A stretch of 64,000 nt of DNA from Sminthopsis crassicaudata (GCF_048593235.1 NC_133620.1:442585261-442649260), one strand, 5' to 3'; positions 48,800-59,509 are shown, numbered from the stretch's first letter. The notes: generated from the letters alone by a model not told the origin. Translations and numbers: made by a program.

Positions 48800-48885
48800 G
48801 GGGCGGTGCTAGGCCAGGCACTCTTGAAGTTTCTCTGTTCTCTGTCACTTCTCCAGGCACATCCAAGGCAAGAGTGGTGGCTGAG
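48800..48885 (+). promoter_or_regulatory. TNFAIP8L2: Candidate TNFAIP8L2 promoter / non-coding exon 1
   Basis: GC box ggggccgggggcgg then GAG|gtgaga donor at 48886; acceptor ctag|ggatcATG at 49904. Inference from expected two-exon structure. Confidence 0.4.
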
Positions 48886-49909
48886 GTGAGATATGGGCAA
48901 TGGGGGAGGGGATACAAGGCACAATGGGTTAATGCTTCCTTTGCCCTTAGCTCTTCAACCCTGAGGGGTCTTTGCTGGGCAAGGGCGACATCTGGGACAT
49001 AGCTCATCAGGGAATTTCTTTGGGGGCAGAACTGTGTTAACTGGACACAGATGGGGCCCAAAAGGGGGGAGAGAGAGCAGAAAAAGTAGAGGGGAGAAGG
49101 ATGGTAGAGCGAAAGGCAGGAAAACACAGGAGGAAAGTGGGGGAGAAGGTACCCAGGGGCCTGAGCTTGTGAGAATGATGCAGATACAGGTCAGGGATCC
49201 AGGGACGGGTGACAAGGATGGCTTTCTGTCCCTAGCTGCCAGGCCCAGGACTGAGAAGCCTCACGCTACACCCGGGTCCTGACTGCATGAAGCCTGCTGG
49301 GGCACCGGACTGCAGGTACTCATCTGCCCACTCTTTCAGATTGCCCCAGTGAGGAGGGGGAGAGGGTGCGGCTGCTCCTCCCTGTGGTCACGGCCACATC
49401 CTGTAGAGGAGGGGAGGGGGAAGTAAGCAAAACCACCGGAGAAACTGGAGGCAGGGAGCCTTGTTTGGGGGAAATTCTAGGACCCAGTCAGCCTCTGGGG
49501 CCCCAAATGAAAACCCAGGATGTCCCAGGATTAAGCTCCTCAAGAGGCTCCTGATCTCTGGTTTCTCCTGGTGCTGAGAAGAGCGCATGGGTACAGCCCC
49601 AAGTCACCTGCTTTCTTTCAGTCCCTTCCTCTCCCATCCCCACCTGGCTTTCCTTTGAGGCTCAGCCCCATGGGGGGCTGCTTTCCCAGAGACCATTCAG
49701 TCCCTTGCCAATCCTTCCCGTAGATCCTCTGTCCTACCCTTGGAGGTACAGAATCTCTAAAACAGACCCTAAAGCATCAAGAAATTGGGAGGCCAAATGA
49801 AGAAAGGGGACAACTGAGATAGAGGAGAGCTGTCTCCCTTGTGGGGACCTAGAAGCCAGCTTTTCTACTGATATTTAACGTGTCCTTGGGTTTCGGTCCC
49901 CTAGGGATC

Positions 49910-50464
49910 ATGGAGCCTTTCAGCTCAAGGAACCTCGCCCTGCAGGCAGAGAAGAAAGTCCTGAGCAAGCTGGCCGGGCGGTCAGTGGCGCACCTCTTCA
50001 TTGACGAGACCAGCAGTGAAGTGCTGGACGAACTTTACAGGGTGTCCAAGGAGTACACCCACAGCCGGGCCGAGGCCCAGAGGGTCATCAAAGACCTGGT
50101 TAAGGTGGCCATCAAGGTGGCGGTGCTGCACCGCAACCAGCAGTTTGGCCCCAGTGAGATGGCCTTGGCGGCCCGCTTCCGCCAGAAGCTGCGCCAGGGC
50201 GCCATGACTGCCCTGAGCTTTGGCGAAGTGGACTTCACCTTTGAGGCGGCTGTGTTGACCGAGCTGCTGACGGAGTGCCGCGACACCCTCCTGGAGCTGG
50301 TGGAGCACCACCTCACGCCCAAGTCTCATGGCCGCATCCGCAGGGTTTTTGATCACTTCTCAGACCCCAGCTTGCTCACCGCCCTCTATAGTCCCAGCTA
50401 CGCCCAGCATCTCAGCAAGATCTGCGACGGCCTCAGAAAGCTGCTGGACGAGGGAAAGCTTTGA
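49910..50464 (+). CDS. TNFAIP8L2: TNF alpha-induced protein 8-like 2 (TIPE2), single coding exon, 184 aa
   Basis: MEPFSSRNLALQAEKKVLSKLAGRSVAHLFIDETSSEVLDELYRVSKEYT...KLLDEGKL*. Confidence 0.97.
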   Translation: MEPFSSRNLALQAEKKVLSKLAGRSVAHLFIDETSSEVLDELYRVSKEYTHSRAEAQRVIKDLVKVAIKVAVLHRNQQFGPSEMALAARFRQKLRQGAMTALSFGEVDFTFEAAVLTELLTECRDTLLELVEHHLTPKSHGRIRRVFDHFSDPSLLTALYSPSYAQHLSKICDGLRKLLDEGKL

Positions 50465-50903
50465 GGGCCGCTTCCCGGGCTCCACTGACCCACCAAGGCA
50501 GCAGACTCAAACAGACACCTGGCCTGGCTCTCCAGTCCTGGCTTGGGTCTCGTTGGAGTGTGATGGGCTCTGGGGACCAGTGGGGGTTCATAAGCCCTTT
50601 CTTCCCCTGGGCCTCTGGCCACCAGGACAGGAAACGAAGCTGCCTGAAAAAGTTGAAGTGAAAGTCGGATCTTCTACTTCCCCCTAAATGAGACACATGA
50701 TGTGGGGAAACCCCTTCCAGGAGGAAAGAGAACAGTACCCCAAGCTGCTGCTGAGGGAGGTGTCAAACTCAAGGCCAGGCCAGAGACCCATCCTGAGGGA
50801 CAGATGCAATGGAGGCCAGAAGCCTCACTCCCAGAGAGGGTCAGGACAGGGGAAGATAGTCAGAAGGGAAACAAATCTGCTAAAACTTGTACAGGGCTCC
50901 ATG

Positions 50904-50909
50904 TTTAAT
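50904..50909 (-). terminator. LYSMD1: ATTAAA, candidate LYSMD1 poly(A) signal
   Basis: First canonical hexamer I see on minus after the LYSMD1 stop at 52017. Confidence 0.45.
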
Positions 50910-51000
50910 CTCTGCAGTTTCTAACAACTTACTATCAACACAGGGAGCAGGGAATGGGAAAACACATTCATTTTTCTCCACATCCAACGTTAAATAACAA

Positions 51001-51006
51001 AATAAA
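51001..51006 (+). terminator. TNFAIP8L2: AATAAA, probable TNFAIP8L2 poly(A) signal
   Basis: First AATAAA I see after the stop; U/GU-rich downstream. Confidence 0.6.
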
Positions 51007-52016
51007 GCAGACTCTTAGCCCCAAACAGCCTCCCTAGCCTGCTGTTTTCTCTTCAAAAACACGGAAACTATACCACAAGCTGGTGCTATAAACCACAAAG
51101 AAGTATGTAATGGAGAGAAAGAAAGGAACCAGGAGGCCACAAAGGAAGCCTCTGGCACTCAATGTGTCAGGGGAGAGGTGCATACCTGTGCATACACAAC
51201 CCAGGGAGCCAGGCCTGCTCGTTCCAGCCCAGACTCCCCATCCATTTCCCTCGGTCTACCTCAATGTAAAACTCAGGACAACAGAGCAGAAAAATGGCAC
51301 AAAAGGGAAGGATGACCAAAATTTCTAACCTTCCGAGCCATGAGAAAGACAACAGGGCCTCTTAGGTCAAGGCTAAGTCCAGCATTTCACTTCCTGATTT
51401 GGGGGAGAAAGTTGGTACAGAGTCCAGAGAAGCTAGTGCAGTACCTCAGCGCCACACAGCAGGGGTTGGGGCTCAGGGGTACCAATGCTCCCAAGGGTCC
51501 CCAGGCTTGCTAGAGTGAGGGGACTAGGGGAGCAGTCGTCATGGCTGATCATTCCTCAGCCACCATCCCCTGAGAGCTGAGAGGATTCCTATCTTCTGCT
51601 AAGAAAACAAAATAGAGCCAATAAATAGGATTCTAACATAGCACCAAATAAATTAGAGAGAAGGGTGGGAGGGAGAGGGGGGACAGGTTCTGGAGATCCC
51701 CCCACCCTATGGTAAGGCCAAGGAACTGTAACAGGAACCAGAGAGAGGAAGGAAAGGGACAGCTAGAACCGAGATTCAGCCAAAAGAATTTGGACAGGAT
51801 CTTATCTCGACTCTTCCATTCTTGCCTACAATTCCTCCCATAGCCTACAGTCCCTGACAGCAACAAGAAGGCCAGGGCAGGGAATGGGGGGCAGGGCAGG
51901 GAAGCCAGAGGGGGGATGGGCTGAGATGGTAGATCCTCAACTTTCACCCCAGGCTGAACTCCCCACCAGCCCGGTTCTCCTCTCCTGCTTCTCTCTTCCC
52001 AACAGTTTTGGGGGTA

Positions 52017-52155
52017 TCAGAGTTTAAAGATTTCATCTTCCTGGTCCCGTAAAGTGGCTGCCCTTGTGGTTTGAGTCAGGGGTACAGGGCCCAGTACTGC
52101 CCGCTGCTGCTTTCGGGGGGAAGCCAAGTGGGGATGCAGATCTTCCCCAGGTACC
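52017..52155 (-). CDS. LYSMD1: LYSMD1 exon 3
   Basis: ctgcag|G; VPGEDLHPHLASPRKQQRAVLGPVPLTQTTRAATLRDQEDEIFKL*. Confidence 0.95.
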
Positions 52156-53086
52156 CTGCAGGTAAAGATTAAGGGAAAAGTGATCAGGAAAGGAGGAAGG
52201 GAAAGAATACATATTTATTAAGCACCTGTTATGTGCCAGGCACTGCACTGAGCACACAAGCAATTTCTCATTTGAAAGAACTCTGAGGGAAAAGTGAGAG
52301 TGCGTGAGCTAAACAGAGAGAGAGAGACCTAGCAAGCTGCCATGGTACTGATGCCAAGTCTGCCCAAGGCTCAACTCGCTTTGCCTCTGAAAGGACAGAG
52401 TATTAAGAGGAACCTGAAACCATAACCCCCTGTCCCTCATACACAGATCTATTCCAGCAAGGTTAGCTCATGTTGCTTCTGGAATTCAAATTGTGAGCTG
52501 GAGAGAGCCTCTGAGCACATCTAACCCAACTCCTGGATTTTCAAGAGAGAAAATGGGATCCCAGTGTGTCAATGCTAAGACCTGGCTTCCACCTCCCGAT
52601 GCCCAATTCTGTGCTTTGACTAGACCAGGCCTGAGGAACCTTTTTTCTGCAAGGCCCATTTGGATATTTATAATACCGTTTGAGAGCCATTCGTATAAAG
52701 GCGGTTAACACGCCTAATCTGTTCCATCTTGGGGGGGGAAGGAGAGGGACACCAGATTAATAACAGCAATAATAATGTGGTTTACATGGTAAGTGTACTG
52801 GAAAGTGCACTTGGAATATCAAAATGTAGCTTAACTAAAGCATTTAGGCTACACCTAAAAGATTTCAGCTAACCCAGACCATTTGGAGGGAGACCTAATC
52901 CTAACACACAACAAATTAAATTATCTTATCTTACTGAATCTTCAAAACATTAACTAATCCTAGTATAGGTGATAGAACAGATACTTAAAAATTATATAGG
53001 ATTCAGCTCATCCCTGCCTGTAGCTAGCTGTTCCCCACCCTGGCAAAGGACCAAAGATGATCTGCTCAGACACACTGAAGACTTAC

Positions 53087-53445
53087 CCACTTTCACCTTT
53101 CTTCAGCTTCTTGACGGCAGCCTTCTTTGACAGACTGATCTGCGAGTCGATCTTCTTGAGGAAATCGGTGGCAGAAAGGTCATGGCTGGCTACGGGGGGG
53201 TCCTGGCTACCTCTGGAGGAGTAGCCTTCACCGCTGGCTTTTTCCTCTGTTTTTTTCTTCAAGCCTGAGGAGGCTTCAGATCCACTCTGACTCAATGACA
53301 TTTCTTCCTCCTTTTCTTCTTCCTCCTCAGAATCCAGCCCATTGAATAGTCCCCGGGGCTCAGTCAGGATGGGAATATAGAGAGTTTTCTTGAGGAAGAT
53401 GGAGTCATTCGTATAAAGGCGGTTAACACGCTTAATCTGTTCCAT
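53087..53445 (-). CDS. LYSMD1: LYSMD1 exon 2
   Basis: ccaag|ATG; MEQIKRVNRLYTNDSIFLKKTLYIPIL...HDLSATDFLKKIDSQISLSKKAAVKKLKKGESG; |gtaagt. Confidence 0.95.
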
Positions 53446-54275
53446 CTTGGGGGGGGGGAAGGAGAGGGGCACCAGATTAATAACAGCAATAATAATGTGG
53501 TTTACAAGTTTATAACACTTCAAGTTGTTTGTGTATTTCCAAATCCTAACTAGCATCCTGAAGAACAAAGAGGATAGGTAATATCATCATGTAACGATGA
53601 GCATACTGAGGCCTGCTTAAGAGATTGTGCCTTGACTGAGGACAGAAAAAGTGGCAAATTCTAAAAAGCTCTGGGAGCAGCGAGGACCTGGGCTCAGCCC
53701 CCTCCCCCACCGGGTGTGCAGAGGGTAACCCAGGGCTGGCTCTGCTGAACTCACGGGCTGTGTCTGTGACATGGAGTAGAGACACCCACAAACTCTTGTA
53801 TGTTTCTGCACCTGGAGCCGCCTGTATTTCATTATCCCTGTCAGAAGCTTCCCCAAGTTGGGTAGAGAGGCTACAAAGTGGGTAAAAGCTCCCAGCAGGG
53901 AACGAGGAAGACCCCACCATTAGACTCAGGTTATTGCTAACTGCCAAATCCACGCAAAATTGCTTCATTTGTCTCAGCCTCAGTTTGCTCATCTGTAAAA
54001 TGGGGGACACGGCGCCGATCACTCAAGGTCGTGGTAAGGTTAAGAGGAGATAACTTATAACCTCCTGATCCCACTCTCTATGTAACGAATTATCTGGAGG
54101 AAAATGAGTGATTTCACGGGAGTGGGGAAGGGGAGAAGGCTGCTCGCTCCAAGAGAGGCCAGCCCGGCATTCGGGTCCGGAGCAGTCCCGGATCGGAATT
54201 CTTCCTAGCCACAGCCCCGGGGTCCGGGGTAAGCCCTCCTGGAGGTGGGGCCCGCCCTGCTTCCCGCCCACTCAC

Positions 54276-54455
54276 CGTCACCCCGTACTTGAGAGCCAGG
54301 CCGGCCAGGGTGTCCCCGGGCTCCAGCAGGTGCTCCACGCGCCGCTCGCGCACCGGGGAGCAGGCCGACTGAACCAGGCTGCCGTAAGACCGAGCCCGAC
54401 TCCCTCGAAGGAGACCCGACCCTCCCGGGGACGCCTGCCGGGAGGGGGACGCCAT
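54276..54455 (-). CDS. LYSMD1: LYSMD1 exon 1 (LysM domain start)
   Basis: MASPSRQASPGGSGLLRGSRARSYGSLVQSACSPVRERRVEHLLEPGDTLAGLALKYGVT|gtgagt. Confidence 0.96.
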
Positions 54456-55124
54456 GGCCTCTCCGGCCCAGCCTAGGTCCTGACCTTCGACCCTGACGCC
54501 CTCTGACCCGTGACTTTCGAGGCTCCCCAGTCAGCCCAGATCCCGGGGGCCGGCCTTCGCCATAGGCCGCCTACTCCCGTTCGGGGCTGTGGATCTCCGG
54601 CCTCGGTCAAACTCAAGTGCGGGGCCCCGCCCCTCCCGTCCAAGGCCCCGGCGTCGGGTTCCACAGCAGCCGGTTCGATCGCTGCCCACGGCCGGTGAGG
54701 CGCGAGGCTGGGGTCCTAGAGGCGTCCTTGCGAACACGGCTGAGTCAGGTCCTCATCCGGCCCGGGTGGAAACTCACGGCGCCCATGCGGGCTCTGGGAC
54801 CGGGAGATAGTCCTGAATCCTCTGTTTTAAAGGGCCTTATAAGCGCCCAGGGCTTTAGAGACACTGGGAAAGACTTGAATTCCCAGAGAGCCGCGGCACC
54901 CCAAAGCATTCTGGGGAATGTAGTCCTTCTACGCGAGGCCAATCAGAGAAAGCTGCAGAAAGATGCTTCTCATTCCCGGAAACACAGGCCTCGGAAGTGA
55001 GAAACCAACCAACCAAAAAAATACCGTCCCCGCCCCGCCTCAGTTGGAAGCTACGGTGTCTGTGAAGGCCTCGGAGTCTAGGAGGTAGAACTATAGTTTA
55101 TGAAAGAGAGCTGCTATAGACGCC
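54456..55124. promoter_or_regulatory. LYSMD1/SCNM1 bidirectional CpG-island promoter
   Basis: Head-to-head ATGs at 54455 and 55125; ZNF143-type motif (minus ACTACATTCCCCAGAATGC) 54906-54924, CCAAT 54939-54943, CGGAAGTG 54992-54999. Confidence 0.85.
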
Positions 55125-55175
55125 ATGTCCTTCAAAAGGGAGGGGGACGACTGGAGCCAACTCAATGTGCTCAAG
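55125..55175 (+). CDS. SCNM1: SCNM1 exon 1
   Basis: gccATG; MSFKREGDDWSQLNVLK|gtgaga. Confidence 0.95.
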
Positions 55176-55786
55176 GTGAGAGTGAGCGGGGGGCGTGCTG
55201 GTTGTCGCCGCTGAGTGGAGGCTCTCGAGCTGCCTCGGCAACCCCTGAAGGGGCGGGGCGATTCGGGGGACGGGGAAGGGAGGATTTGGAGGAAGGGACT
55301 CCGGGACTGGGAGAAAGGGAGGGGGCGAGCCCTCATCCTCTCCTCACGTAGTCCACGCGAGAGCCAGGCCCAGACTAGACACGCGGGGCTTTGGCTAGGC
55401 CCCGGTGCGCCCCTCCTAATGCCCTTAGATCCACGGATTGTGAAACACCCCCCCGGCCCGCACCCATTTGGAGCCTCTGGGGTGCCCCCCCCACTTTTCA
55501 TCTTTGTATGCTCTTTCCCCGTTATTAGACTGTAACCTCCTCCAGGTTGTTCTTGTCTGTGTCCCCGCCTTAGCACCCGTGCCCGGCCCCTTAATATGTG
55601 TTTATTGACTGCTCGGCATTTGGAAACAGGTCGTGTAGCAGCTCCTGGAGTCAGAAGTAACTGTAAAAAAATGTAAAAACCGCCGGAGCCCCTGCATCCC
55701 AGGGATGAGTCAGGACACTCCCCCTCCCTGTTCTCCCCGCCCTCGGCCTCCCCGTGTAAGGGGCGGATTAGGCGCCCTCCCCCACG

Positions 55787-55937
55787 TAGGAAGGCGTGGT
55801 TCCGGGAGAGTGATGGATAGGAAGGCGTGGCTCCCGGAGAGTGATGGATAGGAAGGCGTGGCTCCGGGAGAGTGATGGATAGGAAGGCGTGGCTCCGGGA
55901 GAGTGATGGATAGGAAGGCGTGGCTCCAGGAGAGTGA
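55787..55937 (+). repeat. 31-bp minisatellite, ~4.9 copies, SCNM1 intron 1
   Basis: Unit taggaaggcgtggctccgggagagtgatgga starting 55787, 55818, 55849, 55880, 55911. Confidence 0.95.
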
Positions 55938-56054
55938 CAAGTACCTGTTGGGGGGGGTGTCACTGGGCCTGTTCTCCCCCAGTCCCTCCCACTTTCCCCC
56001 AACACCAGAATTTCTGGTTCCAGCGCCGTCTCCCCTTCTTTACCCCTTTTTCAG

Positions 56055-56125
56055 AAGCGCAGAGTCGGGGACCTGCTGGCCAGTTATATCCCAGAAGATG
56101 AGGCGCTGATGCTCCGGGATGGACG
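56055..56125 (+). CDS. SCNM1: SCNM1 exon 2
   Basis: KRRVGDLLASYIPEDEALMLRDGR. Confidence 0.95.
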
Positions 56126-56265
56126 GTGAGGTGGGGGGAGGGACCAGGGGACGGTAAGATTCCGAAGAGAGGGAGCACGGTGGGTGCTGGGGCCGGCAGA
56201 AGGCTGGGAGCAGGGAAGGACGGCCTGGGGGTGCCGCGGGGCTTCTGAGTCCTGTTTCCCCTCAG

Positions 56266-56354
56266 GTTTGCCTGCGCTGTCTGTCCCCACCGGCCGGTAT
56301 TGGACACACTGACCATGCTGACTGCTCACCGGGCAGGGAAGAGGCACGTGGCCA
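56266..56354 (+). CDS. SCNM1: SCNM1 exon 3 (zinc finger)
   Basis: FACAVCPHRPVLDTLTMLTAHRAGKRHVA. Confidence 0.95.
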
Positions 56355-56430
56355 GTAAGTTGCAGGGTTAAAAGCAGAACATCAGCTTAACCAGGCTTCC
56401 CACGCCGTGCTAAATGCCCCTTTCCTCCAG

Positions 56431-56528
56431 GCCTGCAAGATTTCTATGGCAAAAAGCAGCAGTGGAAAGGAGAAGAACAGAGTCCGAAGCCGCAGCAAGA
56501 ATGGAGCTCGGAGAAGACAGGGAGCCAG
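56431..56528 (+). CDS. SCNM1: SCNM1 exon 4
   Basis: SLQDFYGKKQQWKGEEQSPKPQQEWSSEKTGSQ; phases fit. Confidence 0.92.
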
Positions 56529-56621
56529 GTAACTGCAAAGGGGGGAGTGTGCATCTTGGGAGGCTTCAGGTGTCTTGTTCCACCCAAGTTGGAGAGTTTA
56601 TTTACCTCTGCTTCCCATCAG

Positions 56622-56713
56622 GCTCCTCTGCTGACCCAGACCCGGCTAATCACTCAGAGCGCCCTGCGCAGAGCCCCGAGTTACAACAGTTGCTGTCGAA
56701 AGCAGAAGAACAG
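56622..56713 (+). CDS. SCNM1: SCNM1 exon 5
   Basis: APLLTQTRLITQSALRRAPSYNSCCRKQKNR. Confidence 0.94.
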
Positions 56714-57099
56714 GTAACTTTGGGTAGAAGAGAGAAATAAGGTGAAATGAGAGGATGGAGGTACAAGTATCGGTGGCTATAGAAAAACAGGAGGAAAAAA
56801 GGAAAGAATAAAAAGTGGAGCGATCAGTCTAGAAGCGTTTGTCCCTAAAACTCCATGAGGACAGAGATCTGAATTTTCCGGCTCTCCTGGCACCTAGCAC
56901 AGTGGACACATAATTGTTAAATGAAGGCTTTCAAAAATATAAAGCTGTGACGACAGGGGAATATCAAACAGTTGAGAAGTTAAGAAGGGGAATTACAGTA
57001 GAGACTTTGGGTTTGGATGGCACTGGATTTATAGCAGTTGTTTCTGAGATGAGAGAACAGAAGTAGACAGTTCTGGTGTATGAGAGAGAAAAGATGCCT

Positions 57100-58290
57100 G
57101 GCTCCCTCCCCAACACTGTAACCTTTAAAAATTCAATTTCATGTTATTTCTCAGTTCCAGATTATCTCGATATTACTCTTCCTTATCCATTAAAAAGTCA
57201 AGAAAAACAAAATCCATCACAATTATGTATAGTCATCCAAAACAAATTTGTATGTTAGTCATATCCAACAGAGAAAGAGAGAAAGAACAAAGAAAAATAT
57301 GCCTTTATAAGAGTCTGTGTTTTATCTCCCTCATCATTTCATTCATATACTTTAACACAGAGGTCCTCAAACTTTTTAAATAGGGGCCAGTTCACTGTCC
57401 CTCAGACTGTTGGAGGACCGGGCTATAGTAAAAACAAAAGCTCACGCTGTCTCTGCCCCTCAGCCCATTTTGCTATAACCCGGGGCCGCATAAACGTCCT
57501 CAGCAGCTGCATCTGGCCCGAGGGCCGTAGTTTGAAAACCCCTGCTATAACTTGTTAAGCCACTGTTCCAATGGAAGGGTATCCCCCCTCAGTTTCCAAT
57601 TCCTTCCCACTACAAACAAACTGCTATAAATATTTGTGTATAGGAGTTTTTTTCCTCCTTTGATCTTTTTGAGCTATAGATGTAGTAGAAATATCCCTGG
57701 GTCAAAAGGTAGATACAGTTTAATAGCTTTTTAAACATAGTTACCAATGGCCTTCCACAACAGTTGAACTAGTTCACAGCTCTATTAACAGTGCATTAGC
57801 ATATCTGTTTTCTCACATGCCCATTGTCATGTCAGACAATCTAATGGGTGTGAAATAATATTTCAATGTTGTTTTAATTTGCATTTCTCTATTAATTAGT
57901 GACTTAGAGCATTTTTTAATATGGTTATTGATTACTTAGATTTCCTCCTCTGAAAACTGCTTATTCGTATCCTTTCACTGTCATTTGGAGTGCGGCTCTT
58001 ATTCTTGAAAATTTAACTTAATTCTTTATATATTATAGAAAGGAGACCTTTATGAGAGAGATTCGTTGCAAAGATTTTCCCCCAGTGTCCTGCTTTTCTT
58101 TCAATTTAGCTGTTTTGCTTTATCTGTATAAAAGCTTGTTAATTTTGTGTAATCAAAATTAGCCATTTTACTTCCTCTTTATTTCTCATTTGGTCATGAA
58201 TTTTTCTCTAGCTCTGACAAATCATTTCTTTGATGCTCCACTAATTTGCTTATCCCACTTTATGTCTAAACCATGTGTCTATTTGGAGTT
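57100..58290 (-). mobile_element. Old L1 fragment in SCNM1 intron 5, interrupted by a MITE
   Basis: Antisense L1 (aatttgcatttctct, tcctctgaaaactgc, aatcaaaattagccatttta); limits approximate. Confidence 0.72.
57358..57544. mobile_element. hAT MITE resembling non-autonomous OposCharlie1/OC1
   Basis: TIRs cagaggtcctcaaact / agtttgaaaacccctg; degenerate 8-bp TSD ctttaaca/ctataact; family name from recall. Confidence 0.8.
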
Positions 58291-58334
58291 CTCCTACTAT
58301 ATTAAGATGCTAAGCTCTGCTCCTTCTCACTCAG

Positions 58335-58535
58335 ACCAGAATCTCCTTCGCCCTCAGCTCCTACCTTCCCATCCAAGCCCCCACAGACTGAGGCATCTTC
58401 GGAACAGAAGGCCAGCAGAGCACCCAAGTCTGGGAGTGATAGACGGACCCGGAAGGGATCAGCAGCAGCGCCAGCCCCCGTGCCCTTGAGTCCTACCCGA
58501 CGAAGGGCGTTGGACCATTATCTGAGCCTGCGCAG
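58335..58535 (+). CDS. SCNM1: SCNM1 exon 6
   Basis: PESPSPSAP...LSPTRRRALDHYLSLRS; ctcag| and |gtgggt. Confidence 0.93.
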
Positions 58536-58580
58536 GTGGGTAGTGGGATGCCTTGCTTCTTTGTCTCAGATGTGGTCTTG

Positions 58581-58731
58581 TTTTCTTTCTTTTTTTTTTT
58601 AATGGTGAGGCAGTTGGTTAAGTGACTTACCCAGGGTCACACAGCTAGCAGTGTTAAGTATCTGTGGCTAGATTTGAACTGGAGCTCTCCTGACCCCAGG
58701 CAGTGCTCTATCCATTGCGCCTTCCCGCTGC
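58581..58731 (-). mobile_element. WSINE1-like SINE
   Basis: Poly-T, ttaagtgacttacccagggtcacacagctag, atttgaact, gtgctctatccattgcgcc. Confidence 0.82.
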
Positions 58732-58810
58732 TTTTCAGACATTTTCTTCTCTCCCTCCCTTCTGTGATCCTGTCCCTCATTCTGACCAGACCTATTTTCT
58801 CTGCTCACAG

Positions 58811-58910
58811 CTCGGGGTGGATCCAGGATGGAAGAGGTCAATGGGTAAAGGACAAGAATGTGGAGTTCGATTCTGATGAAGAGGAACCCCCGGATCTCCC
58901 CTTGGATTGA
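58811..58910 (+). CDS. SCNM1: SCNM1 exon 7
   Basis: SGWIQDGRGQWVKDKNVEFDSDEEEPPDLPLD*. Confidence 0.96.
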
Positions 58911-58934
58911 TACCCTCCCCCTGCCTTTTGTTTA

Positions 58935-59265
58935 AATAAACCCGAGAAGAGACTGAGTTCTTTCTTCCTCCGAGGTCTGGCTCTCTGTGCCATTCCAGCA
59001 ACTCTGGTCCATTCTCCTACCCCTGCAGGCGGCCCAACTGCCTATACCACACCCACCCTTCCAGAACCCTGCCAAGCGTCAGCTGCACCCAGCCTTCTGC
59101 CCTATTAATAAAGTATATAGGGCAGTTCTCTGCCCTTTGGTTGTCAGACACCTTCCCATCTCAGCTCCCCCTGCTGTCCCTCCCATTTCCACAGGGGCTT
59201 TTCCTGCTTTTGCAGGGTGGCCACGTTCAGAGGTGCTGGAGGAGCCAACACTGAGTGAAAATAAA
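58935..59265 (+). terminator. SCNM1: Three AATAAA signals after SCNM1
   Basis: 58935-58940, 59107-59112, 59260-59265. Confidence 0.65.
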
Positions 59266-59503
59266 GAAGGGTTGTGTGTGTGTTGGGGCCGTCACAGGCA
59301 TAACGGCCCTGATAAAGGCAGGGATTTCTCCCTCCTCTTAGTGGTAACCTGAGCCTAGAACCTGCTGATCTCTGGGGTATAAATAATCCCCTAGTGAACT
59401 GGCAGACACCCTGGGAAGGGGGTGGTGTTTTGTGCCAAGATCACCTCCCCATTTTTCCAGTCCCAGGCCAGAGAAAGAGACAGGTGAAGTGGGCAAAAAG
59501 ACC

Positions 59504-59509
59504 TTTATT
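59504..59509 (-). terminator. TMOD4: AATAAA, TMOD4 poly(A) signal
   Basis: tttatt on plus, ~70 nt past the stop. Confidence 0.75.

Noticed and set aside
55787-55937. CRISPR-like 31-bp repeats
   Set aside because: No spacers, head-to-tail units, eukaryotic intron: a minisatellite.
55091-56005. 304-aa antisense ORF over SCNM1 exon 1/intron 1
   Set aside because: Non-ATG start, inflated by the GC-rich promoter and minisatellite.
57967-57975. Perfect U12 5' splice site GTATCCTTT in SCNM1 intron 5, suggesting USSE-type autoregulation
   Set aside because: Single copy, not the tandem USSE arrangement, and it falls in antisense L1 sequence whose consensus normally reads ttcatatcctttg.
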